This document shows, one piece after another, positions 47,101 through 53,585 of a stretch of DNA of 64,000 bases. The translations under genes and the position numbers were made by a program. The DNA is taken from positions 32,001-96,000 of the IMG/VR virus record IMGVR_UViG_3300047382_000771. One strand, written 5' to 3'. A model generated the notes under the pieces. That model worked only from the letters and a program-made list of their open reading frames with translations. It did no database searches and was not told where the DNA came from. The stretch comes from a virus. Its lineage: Duplodnaviria > Caudoviricetes. Numbering within the stretch: the stretch's first letter is position 1; the number at the start of each line of letters is the position of its first letter.

Positions 47101-49547
47101 CCTACTGTGAGTTTTGCATTAGGGGAGGTTGAGGAATCCAGAGAGCCTTGACCTGTTATAGACCAAGAAGTAAACTCATAACCAGGATCTGGTGTTGAAG
47201 TGATATTAATTACATTATTTATATTATAAACTCCAGAACCTGTTTCTACGCCATTTGAACCTTCGACAGTAATTGTGTAATCTATCAACTCGTAAATAGC
47301 TGTGACTGCAGCGTGTCCTGCACCAACAATAAATGTCGTTGATGATACAGCTGTATTGGAAATTGATCCTGGGCCAGATTTAGACCAAGATACAAATTTA
47401 TATCCAGGGTCTGGGTTAGCACTTAATGAAATTGCGTCTCCTATATTGTAGACACCTGAGCCAGACTGACTGCCATTTGGGCCAATGATTGATATATTAT
47501 AATCTATAGCTGTATAATTAGCGCTGATTAATGCATCTCCTGCACCTACTGTAAATTTGGTTTGAGTTGAGGCAGCTGAAAGTATGGTGCCTGGATCAGA
47601 AGATGACCAAGAGGTGAATTCATATCCAAGTTCTGGCTTGGCTGTTATATCTAAAACATTACCTATATTATAGATGCCTCCGCCTGTTTCTACCCCATTA
47701 GATCCATTTGTAGATATTGTGTAGTCAATAGCTTCATAGATAGCCTCTATGGTGCAGTTGCCGTTTCCAATAACAATAGATGTGCTTCTTGAGGTGCGGC
47801 TTGTAAGGCTTCCAGGTCCAGTTAGTACCCAGTTTTTAAATAAATAACCAGGATTGGGTGTAGCCGTAATATTAATTACATCGTTAATATTATAAATCCC
47901 GCCTCCTGTGGAGCTTCCATTAGATCCTGATAGTATTAGGGTGTAATCAATTGCTTGATAGTTTGCAGTAATTAAAGCATCAGATGAAGATACTTGGAAA
48001 GTAGTTGATGGGGAGTTAGGTTGTGTTATTGATCCCGCGTCTGAGGTAGACCAGTTAGAGAATTCATAACCAGGGTCAGGGGTAGCTGTAAGTCCAGGAG
48101 CACTTAAATATTCAAAGGACCCAGATCCAGTCTCGGTTCCATTATCCCCAGATACTGTGATGTTGTATAGTATTTTTGAGTATGAGGGGTATACCTCAGA
48201 GTTGCCAGCACCAACTACAAATGTTGTGGTTTCAGAACTTGGCGAAGATACTGTGCCGTCTCCTTTTACTATCCATTTGTCAAAATTAAAACCAACCAAA
48301 GCATCGGCGGAAATATTTATAGTATCACCTATGTTGGATACCGTTTTAGTAGTATAATCATTTACTGGGGTGTTGTCAGACTCCCGTCTTGTTGAAGTGG
48401 TAATATTATAATCTATAGCTTCATAAGTAGCTGTTAAGTCAACACTGGAGGTACCTATAGTAAAAACAGTGCTTGCGGATCTGTCGTTTTTAATAGATCC
48501 TGCACCAGAATTTATTACCCATTTTTTGAACTTGTAACCCGCATTTGGGGTAGATGAAATATTAACGGTATTTCCTGTTTTATATTGTCCAGAGCCAGTC
48601 TCTATACCATTACCACCTGTAAGATTGAGTAGGATAATACTCTTTTTATATTTAGCTATAATTTCACACGATCCCGCACCGACAGTAAAATTAGTGGTTA
48701 ATGAAGATTTATTTTCCAGATTACCAGGTCCAGACAATCCCCATTGTGTAAATTCATAACCAGGCACAGATGCGGCAGAAATAGAAAATGTATCACTAAT
48801 ATTGTATATGCCACCTTCTGTTTGAGGACCTAGTCCAGATACTTTTACATTATAATCTATAGCTTCGTAATTAGCTACTATATTTGCATTGCCTGCTCCA
48901 ACTTTAAAATTAGTAGATGATGAAGAAGGGTCAGCTATAGTTCCTGGGCCAGTGAAACTCCATTGTTTAAACCTATATCCTGCAAATGGTTTTGCTGATA
49001 TATTAACTATGTTGGTGATATTGTATACTCCTGAGCCTTTTTCAGAACCATTAGTACCAGAAACATCTATGTCGTAGTCAATAGCTGTATAGCTAGCTTC
49101 AACTTTAGAGTGGAATGTGCCTACTGTAAATTGTGTAGAAGGGGAGGTTTTTTGAGCAACTGAACCTGGGCCGATGACTTTCCAGCTTTTAAATAAATAG
49201 CCAGGATTAGGTGTTGAGGATATTGGGATAGAGGTACCTACTGGAAATGCTCCCGCTCCAGTTTCTACACCGTTGTCGCCATCAATTTCTATGATGAATG
49301 TTGATATTTCAGCTAAGTCATCTGGCCTAAATGAGTTATCAAATGTATCTTGTAATAGATTATCTAATTCAGCTGTTTTTAATCTTCTATTAAATTCCCT
49401 ACCAATATGATTAACATAATAATCTTTTGCGAACTCTCCTCCGTTTTTTAAATATTCCTGAATCTCAACTTCAAGAGCATTATGTTTGCTCGAAAGTTTC
49501 CCTGAATTTCTAAGGGCATGTATTCGGTGGCGAAGATCGTATGACAT
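44169..49547 (-). CDS. 1792-aa protein with 18 tandem InlB B-repeat-like (Flg_new-type) domains and a C-terminal glycine-rich fibre-tip domain
   Basis: Counted 18 units of about 74 aa (NG.ETG.G.Y...I.A.P..GY.F..W...G.G.I....ST.F.VG.G...A.Y.AIDY). C-terminal FTTDGTY.F.VP..V..I....VGAGGG...GARLIWG. Confidence 0.82.
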   Translation of the reverse strand: MSYDLRHRIHALRNSGKLSSKHNALEVEIQEYLKNGGEFAKDYYVNHIGREFNRRLKTAELDNLLQDTFDNSFRPDDLAEISTFIIEIDGDNGVETGAGAFPVGTSIPISSTPNPGYLFKSWKVIGPGSVAQKTSPSTQFTVGTFHSKVEASYTAIDYDIDVSGTNGSEKGSGVYNITNIVNISAKPFAGYRFKQWSFTGPGTIADPSSSSTNFKVGAGNANIVANYEAIDYNVKVSGLGPQTEGGIYNISDTFSISAASVPGYEFTQWGLSGPGNLENKSSLTTNFTVGAGSCEIIAKYKKSIILLNLTGGNGIETGSGQYKTGNTVNISSTPNAGYKFKKWVINSGAGSIKNDRSASTVFTIGTSSVDLTATYEAIDYNITTSTRRESDNTPVNDYTTKTVSNIGDTINISADALVGFNFDKWIVKGDGTVSSPSSETTTFVVGAGNSEVYPSYSKILYNITVSGDNGTETGSGSFEYLSAPGLTATPDPGYEFSNWSTSDAGSITQPNSPSTTFQVSSSDALITANYQAIDYTLILSGSNGSSTGGGIYNINDVINITATPNPGYLFKNWVLTGPGSLTSRTSRSTSIVIGNGNCTIEAIYEAIDYTISTNGSNGVETGGGIYNIGNVLDITAKPELGYEFTSWSSSDPGTILSAASTQTKFTVGAGDALISANYTAIDYNISIIGPNGSQSGSGVYNIGDAISLSANPDPGYKFVSWSKSGPGSISNTAVSSTTFIVGAGHAAVTAIYELIDYTITVEGSNGVETGSGVYNINNVINITSTPDPGYEFTSWSITGQGSLDSSTSPNAKLTVGAGNCTVEAIYTLIDYSISTDGSNGTETPGPGIHNIGNIVNITATPDLGYLFSNWSTNGDGSITNSSLNNTSYVVNTSDAVLTAIYKAIDYLINFNSTNGTVNSPGIYNINDNINLLSTPDLGYEFVSWSKSGAGTIADTSSASTQFTVGNGDCDISATYNAIDYTITVNGDNGTESLGGIYNINNIVSLTANPDPGYRFSHWSLSGSGVIQNSSITNTNFIVGAGDATITANYVAIPYTISIRGQNGVETAGGSHIINDNFTIEAVPNSGYEFVNWTKSGSGSIANSNSASTSFTVGEGHTTLTANYSAIDYNISVQGDNGTETGSGIYNINDTFSIEAIGNTGYEFSHWSITGTGSLFDSFNKRTTFTVGAGDATIEGTYTLINYELSLQSFTGSTTGSSSFNYQEVVNISATPNLGYEFSHWNISGPGSIGDVNSASTTFIGGDGNAFLEAVFTPIDYTITINGSNSSATGGGVYNIGDVVTISSLPNLGYEFESWSLSGAGQIGPSTPSTTFTVGAGNATINLSVKLIRYNITVSGNQGTQNGDGVNNLSKVMDSKITLSASPNNGYLFAKWVTDGPGTFADPIDPNTEFTTSTGNDNIRALYMVGSIGSPSLFSGNVTASDQSQASVSLTSSTNSSFFNGFTFSGDGIKTITEFVNDWNDSNDPDIIINQGGSVILNQGQTIQMSGGTNPITPQGEEQFTTDGTYRFIVPNHVNSISALAVGAGGGAAGSFGNSTHSGSGGGGGALSYTSSQSVNPGDEITIIVGRGGSGGVGWAKTSGVDGGNTVIKLNNSTILEAGGGKGGAYGSSNATLGGSHITGPNGFRGGYGGPSQYNNGGGGGGGAAGYSGNGGQGSSGNYKNGFNGSGGGGGGGAGQARGGTQSNGGGGVGIYGVGSSGSGGSGSGSTIGKGGSGGSDGSSGGHGGNFGGGGGGAEDDTRANGGLGGVGAARLIWGPSRSYPSSNTSFTPNSYS

Positions 49548-49557
49548 AAATAATAGT

Positions 49558-49562
49558 TACAC
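49558..49562 (-). promoter_or_regulatory. GTGTA motif, 10 nt upstream of ATG 49547
   Basis: taGTGTAactattatttATG. Confidence 0.7.
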
Positions 49563-49568
49563 TAAAAA

Positions 49569-49808
49569 TTAAGATATGACTGCATCAACCCACTGAGAAT
49601 TTGTTCCGTCATTATAGTAGATTCTAAGTTTGCCGTAAACAGTATCAAACCAAAGGTCATTGTCGGCAGGATTAGATGGTGGCGTATCGCCACTAGCAAT
49701 GCCTGGGGTGAGGTCAGCGTTTGTGTTGACTGTAGTCTTGATTTCATTAACATTTACTGCTAATAATTTATCTCCGCTATTTTTATTCGCAAAAGTTATT
49801 TTATTCAT
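49569..49808 (-). CDS. Small virion-type protein ending in DLWFD...KLRIYYNDG..SQWVDA
   Basis: Same motif as the N-terminus of 23352-24836; coupled to the upstream gene by TAATG. Confidence 0.65.
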   Translation of the reverse strand: MNKITFANKNSGDKLLAVNVNEIKTTVNTNADLTPGIASGDTPPSNPADNDLWFDTVYGKLRIYYNDGTNSQWVDAVIS

Positions 49809-50101
49809 TATTGTAAGATCATTGGTAGTGTTCCTGGTAGAAAAGCTGGATAATCAATAAACCTCGAGGTGATCCCAGACTGGGTAACATAAAATAAAAA
49901 AGCAACTCCAGGGGTTCCTATTTTTTTACATTTAATAGGGGAGAAAAAAGATATAGGCTCAACATCAATAGCTACATCATCAATAACAATAGTTCCAGCA
50001 TTTAAAATAGAAGTAAGATGTATGTACTCACCATCGGCCTGCATAGTGTTAGCATAAGGAGTCAAAACTGAGGATGAAGATACTATCTTTGATGTAATCA
50101 T
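49808..50101 (-). CDS. Hypothetical protein, paralog of 50098-50361
   Basis: IHLTSILNAGTIVID...ISFFSPIKCK aligns with IYITAVLYSGPIVID...LSFASPLECK. Confidence 0.6.
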   Translation of the reverse strand: MITSKIVSSSSVLTPYANTMQADGEYIHLTSILNAGTIVIDDVAIDVEPISFFSPIKCKKIGTPGVAFLFYVTQSGITSRFIDYPAFLPGTLPMILQ

Positions 50102-50361
50102 TGTATGTAATACGCAACCTGAGCTAAACCCGCAGTAAAAGATTTACATTCTAAAGGTGAGGCGAAACTTAATGCTGCGAAATCAGACTCTTCTCCGTCT
50201 ATAACTATAGGGCCAGAGTATAGCACAGCCGTAATATATATATTATCGTATTGACTGCGGGTCCAATCAGCACTGGGTGGCCAAGATAAATTGGAGTTAT
50301 TATCGATAGATACAGTTGGGTCAAGATTTAACTTGCTTGGTATAGATTGCGATAGGGGCAT
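50098..50361 (-). CDS. Hypothetical protein, paralog of 49808-50101
   Basis: Same alignment as above; ATGA overlap. Confidence 0.6.
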   Translation of the reverse strand: MPLSQSIPSKLNLDPTVSIDNNSNLSWPPSADWTRSQYDNIYITAVLYSGPIVIDGEESDFAALSFASPLECKSFTAGLAQVAYYIQ

Positions 50362-50364
50362 TAA

Positions 50365-50799
50365 TCATCTCCTTTTGTTTGGGACTGCATAAAAACCCAC
50401 AACCATAAAACATAAATCCATAAATGCCGACAACATTAGGCCTCCAGTTAATGTCACAACTTCCCAATCTTTACCACCAAAAACCCAACTAAATAAACCC
50501 CATTTAGCTGAATCACCTTTGGGTACTATTAAGTCATAAGTGATGTTGGGGTTATGGGCATAATAAATCATCATATAGCACATTGTAAAAGTTATACTCA
50601 TAAACAAAACCCTGCGTGTGACTTTAACAAATGGGTCATCAGCCCTCTTGTCTTGGTTGGATATTAATGCATTAAGCATTTCATTATCTCTTGCTGCAAG
50701 TAACATTTGATCTTGCCTCTTTTGTTCGAGCCAGGCATTAACTAGGTTACATCCAAGCTTGATGCCAGCACCTAAAATAGTATTTAATATGGGACCCAT
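50365..50799 (-). CDS. Holin-like membrane protein (resembles the 3TM GTA-type holins)
   Basis: Amphipathic N-terminus, charged linker, TM RRVLFMSITFTMCYMMIYY, TM ending VVGFYAV, basic tail KRR. Confidence 0.45.
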   Translation of the reverse strand: MGPILNTILGAGIKLGCNLVNAWLEQKRQDQMLLAARDNEMLNALISNQDKRADDPFVKVTRRVLFMSITFTMCYMMIYYAHNPNITYDLIVPKGDSAKWGLFSWVFGGKDWEVVTLTGGLMLSAFMDLCFMVVGFYAVPNKRR

Positions 50800-50808
50800 A
50801 AAGGTATA

Positions 50809-51339
50809 TTACACTTTTATGGAAACAAATAGTTTAATTATTGAAGTTTTTTTAATCGAGTCAGAGTAAAACCATACCCAGGGATAACTGCAATGTATTG
50901 AATTTACTTCTTTTTCTGCATCACTTATAGATTGTTCTAAATGCCTTATACTTTTGTAATCTATATCTGATGTGTCTATTTTTAATTTTTCAGCTATAGA
51001 GATCAAATCATAGGATTTGTTTTCTTTTTTAGCTTGAACAGCTTCTTCTAGTAGGCCTCTAGTGGAGTCATCTTTAGTTATATCTGTATGGGTTTGTGTA
51101 GCTATTTTCCTAAAAATACTTTTAAGATTTTTTGGGAGAGGCTCTTTTTTTTGACCCTCTTCTTTTTTGAGGTTTTGAAAGGGGTCTTTTAAATTATTCT
51201 TAGAGCAATACTCGTGAACAGCAGAGCAGAATAAAGGGACGGATTGTTCGTAAATTTCTTTACAAAGCGAAAGCTCTTCTTTTATCTCTTTGCTTTTAAA
51301 CTTTAACCTTCTGATTAAAGTTTTTTTATACCCATCCAC
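50809..51339 (-). CDS. Helical protein containing a J-domain-like segment (HPD replaced by HTD)
   Basis: LKSIFRKIATQTHTD resembles the J-domain helix II-loop (IKKAYRKLAxxxHPD). Confidence 0.5.
   Translation of the reverse strand: MDGYKKTLIRRLKFKSKEIKEELSLCKEIYEQSVPLFCSAVHEYCSKNNLKDPFQNLKKEEGQKKEPLPKNLKSIFRKIATQTHTDITKDDSTRGLLEEAVQAKKENKSYDLISIAEKLKIDTSDIDYKSIRHLEQSISDAEKEVNSIHCSYPWVWFYSDSIKKTSIIKLFVSIKV
50810..50814 (-). promoter_or_regulatory. GTGTA motif, 10 nt upstream of ATG 50799
   Basis: aaGTGTAatatacctttATG. Confidence 0.7.
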
Positions 51340-51340
51340 A

Positions 51341-52357
51341 TTAAAAGTCGTCTTCTAATGATCCTGCCTGTTGGTATTCTCTAACTCTGCGCTCAAAGAA
51401 ATTACCCATAGCTTGCACATCTACAACCTCACCCAACCAGGGGAATGGGTTTTTATCACTAGGGAAACGAAAATCTAAACCGATTCCTTCTAATCTCCTA
51501 TTGCCTATATAATGCATGTAGTCAACGAACATTTCCGCATTCAAGCCCAAGATACCTGTCGGTAAAACATCGTGAGCATAGGCTATTTCAAGCTCTACAG
51601 CTTTTTTGATATGGTTGACAAATTCATCTTGGATTTCTTTGGTCCAAATTTCTGGGTTTTGCTCAATCAATGTATTGATTAAATATGTCCCAAAAGCTAT
51701 GTGGGAACTTTCATCTCTCAAAGTGTATTTAATTTGGTCAGAGACCCCTTGGAGTTTATTCTGGCGACCAAGAGCTAGAAGCATTGCGAAGCCGCTGAAG
51801 AAAAATGTACCCTCACAAACAATCCAGTAGGTCAAGAAATTTCTCAACAACTCTTGTTTGCCCTCTATGGTGGAAGTACTAAAATCATTTCTGGTTAAAT
51901 CATTAGTGATGCTCATTAAGAAGTCGTCTTTAGCCTTGATACTAGGTATAGTTTCGTAGGCTGTGTAAACTTCATCTATATCTAAGTCTAGACTATCGCA
52001 AATATAGACTACGGTTAAATTGTGCAAACTCTCTTCAAAGGCCTGCCTTAAGATGTACTGCCTACATTCCGCATCTGTGATATATTTAAACGCAGATAAT
52101 AATAAATTATTGCCCACTAAAGATTCAGACCCAGCAAAGAAACCTAAGCATCTTTTGACTAAAAGTTTTTCATCTTCTGTGATTTCGTCACCTTTCCATT
52201 GTTTGATATCATTTTGCATTGATATCTCAGTAGGCATCCAGTTGTTTGCGCAACTTTTTAAAAACAAGTCCCAGGCATATTTGTGTTTATGCGGAAGGAT
52301 CCTGTTGACGCCAGCAATATTTTCAGTTAAAAGTTGTCCTGTCTTATTAGTATTCAT
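51341..52357 (-). CDS. nrdB: Ribonucleotide reductase beta subunit with class Ic (R2c)-type signatures
   Basis: Metal ligands E78, E109, H112, E (CEG) and E/H (RDESSH); Val116 at the radical-Tyr position; C-terminal FFERRVREYQ. Confidence 0.93.
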   Translation of the reverse strand: MNTNKTGQLLTENIAGVNRILPHKHKYAWDLFLKSCANNWMPTEISMQNDIKQWKGDEITEDEKLLVKRCLGFFAGSESLVGNNLLLSAFKYITDAECRQYILRQAFEESLHNLTVVYICDSLDLDIDEVYTAYETIPSIKAKDDFLMSITNDLTRNDFSTSTIEGKQELLRNFLTYWIVCEGTFFFSGFAMLLALGRQNKLQGVSDQIKYTLRDESSHIAFGTYLINTLIEQNPEIWTKEIQDEFVNHIKKAVELEIAYAHDVLPTGILGLNAEMFVDYMHYIGNRRLEGIGLDFRFPSDKNPFPWLGEVVDVQAMGNFFERRVREYQQAGSLEDDF

Positions 52358-52366
52358 AGTGTGATC

Positions 52367-52395
52367 ATTATATAACGAAACTAAACTAATGTCAA
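52367..52395 (-). promoter_or_regulatory. Consensus sigma70 promoter of nrdB
   Basis: TTGACA (52395-52390), 17 nt, TATAAT (52372-52367), 9 nt, ATG 52357. Confidence 0.85.
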
Positions 52396-52458
52396 GATCA
52401 ATTTTATTTCCATAAAGTTAAAATAAGAACTATAACGCATAATAAAATAAGTCCCCAA

Positions 52459-52848
52459 TTACTTTTTTCGTTTAAATATCCCTTTAGCATAATTGTAAAA
52501 ATATAATATTAACCCTGGGAATGTAAAAATCAAGCAACAACCTATAATAAATAAAAAAGTAAACGCAGAATTAGATATACTATCGGGAGTGATGGAGGAT
52601 AATGGATAGTCCATTTCTTTAGTGATATTTAATTCATCCGATTTAATTATAGGTTTCATCGTTTTATTCGGTTGTTGTAATGTTTTTAGTTTACTGACAA
52701 CCTTTGTAGAACAAGAGCTTAATCCGAGAGTAAATAAGACATAAAGGCTAAGTAGCCATATATAGTGAGATAGTAAGCGAGGAAACTTGATAAACATAAT
52801 ATTGCTGATAGCAAAAGAGCTATTTTGTCTTTCATAATTTATATTCAT
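52459..52848 (-). CDS. Putative lipoprotein with a C-terminal TM helix (u-spanin-like topology)
   Basis: Hydrophobic signal ending in lipobox-like LSSC; about 48-aa soluble segment; TM AFTFLFIIGCCLIFTFPGLILYFY; tail KRKK. Alternative start at 52797. Confidence 0.45.
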   Translation of the reverse strand: MNINYERQNSSFAISNIMFIKFPRLLSHYIWLLSLYVLFTLGLSSCSTKVVSKLKTLQQPNKTMKPIIKSDELNITKEMDYPLSSITPDSISNSAFTFLFIIGCCLIFTFPGLILYFYNYAKGIFKRKK

Positions 52849-52849
52849 T

Positions 52850-53155
52850 TTATATAGAGCGCAATGAATTAATTATAAAAGCTAAGTTCCCAGCATGTAT
52901 GTTTGGTATTTTAAGGTTTCCTTTTGTAGTTGAAATGGTAAATCCGTATTCTTTTTCGTCTTCTGTTAGTAAATATGATATAAAATCATGCGCCCCATGT
53001 CTTTTTAACCAATCCCAATATATACTGCGAGTTCCATTTTTACAGCGAAGTAAAACATCTTCGCAGCGATATACTTTCGCATACAGTGTAACATCCCTAA
53101 AACATGAAATTTCGCTAGGAGGCTCAGATAGAACCGAATCTATAATTAATTTCAT
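52850..53155 (-). CDS. Hypothetical protein (likely start MKLII at 53155)
   Basis: The GTGTA motif sits 9 nt before ATG 53155, inside the longer predicted ORF. Confidence 0.55.
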   Translation of the reverse strand: MKLIIDSVLSEPPSEISCFRDVTLYAKVYRCEDVLLRCKNGTRSIYWDWLKRHGAHDFISYLLTEDEKEYGFTISTTKGNLKIPNIHAGNLAFIINSLRSI

Positions 53156-53164
53156 GCATAATAA

Positions 53165-53169
53165 TACAC
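53165..53169 (-). promoter_or_regulatory. GTGTA motif, 9 nt upstream of ATG 53155
   Basis: gtGTGTAttattatgcATG. Confidence 0.65.
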
Positions 53170-53179
53170 ACAAAAAAAA

Positions 53180-53566
53180 CTAGCAGTTCGATTTTATAAT
53201 TTTTACTATCTTGCTATCTATTAAATATGGGAACCTATCTAGCTCTTCAACTTTAAACCAACCGTACTCTGTATGCTCTTCATTCAGGTTAACATTAGGT
53301 ATTTCATCGAAGTTGTATTTGAATATGTCAAAAGTATTTGAACCCTTATATATAGTTTTGCAGAAAACAAGGTCTATTGGAGATATTTTTATGCCCGTTT
53401 CTTCGTCCAGTTCTCTGCTGGCACAAACCCTAGGAGACTCTGCAGGAGGCTCTCTTGAGCCTGCAAATATACTCCAGTAACCACTGTAGGCGATCTCTGG
53501 CCCTTCTATGCGTCTAGCCAAAAGGACTAAGGAATTATTATATATAATACAACCAGCAGCACTCAC
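53180..53566 (-). CDS. NUDIX hydrolase (likely start GTG 53566)
   Basis: Nudix box G(SREPPA)ESPRVCASRELDEETGI, with one extra residue after the Gly; LNEEHTEYGWF. Confidence 0.85.
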   Translation of the reverse strand: MSAAGCIIYNNSLVLLARRIEGPEIAYSGYWSIFAGSREPPAESPRVCASRELDEETGIKISPIDLVFCKTIYKGSNTFDIFKYNFDEIPNVNLNEEHTEYGWFKVEELDRFPYLIDSKIVKIIKSNC

Positions 53567-53576
53567 TGCCAATATG

Positions 53577-53581
53577 TACAC
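53577..53581 (-). promoter_or_regulatory. GTGTA motif, 10 nt upstream of GTG 53566
   Basis: agGTGTAcatattggcaGTG. Confidence 0.55.
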
Positions 53582-53585
53582 CTAA

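Noticed and set aside
49562-49753. 63-aa minus-strand ORF overlapping 49569-49808
   Set aside because: The alternative frame carries the recognisable fibre motif and is TAATG-coupled to its neighbour. This frame also runs into the GTGTA motif.
3300-49860. Numerous plus-strand ORFs of 60-130 aa in the ORF track (for example 6993-7379, 15907-16287, 20867-21235, 23506-23856, 31885-32238)
   Set aside because: All lie antisense within long minus-strand genes that have clear motifs. They are shadows of Ser/Thr/Gly-rich codon usage, with no promoters or motifs of their own.
52381-52440. 19-aa ORF MRYSSYFNFMEIKLILTLV upstream of nrdB
   Set aside because: It overlaps the -35 element of a consensus promoter, has no coupling or motif support, and is expected by chance in AT-rich DNA.
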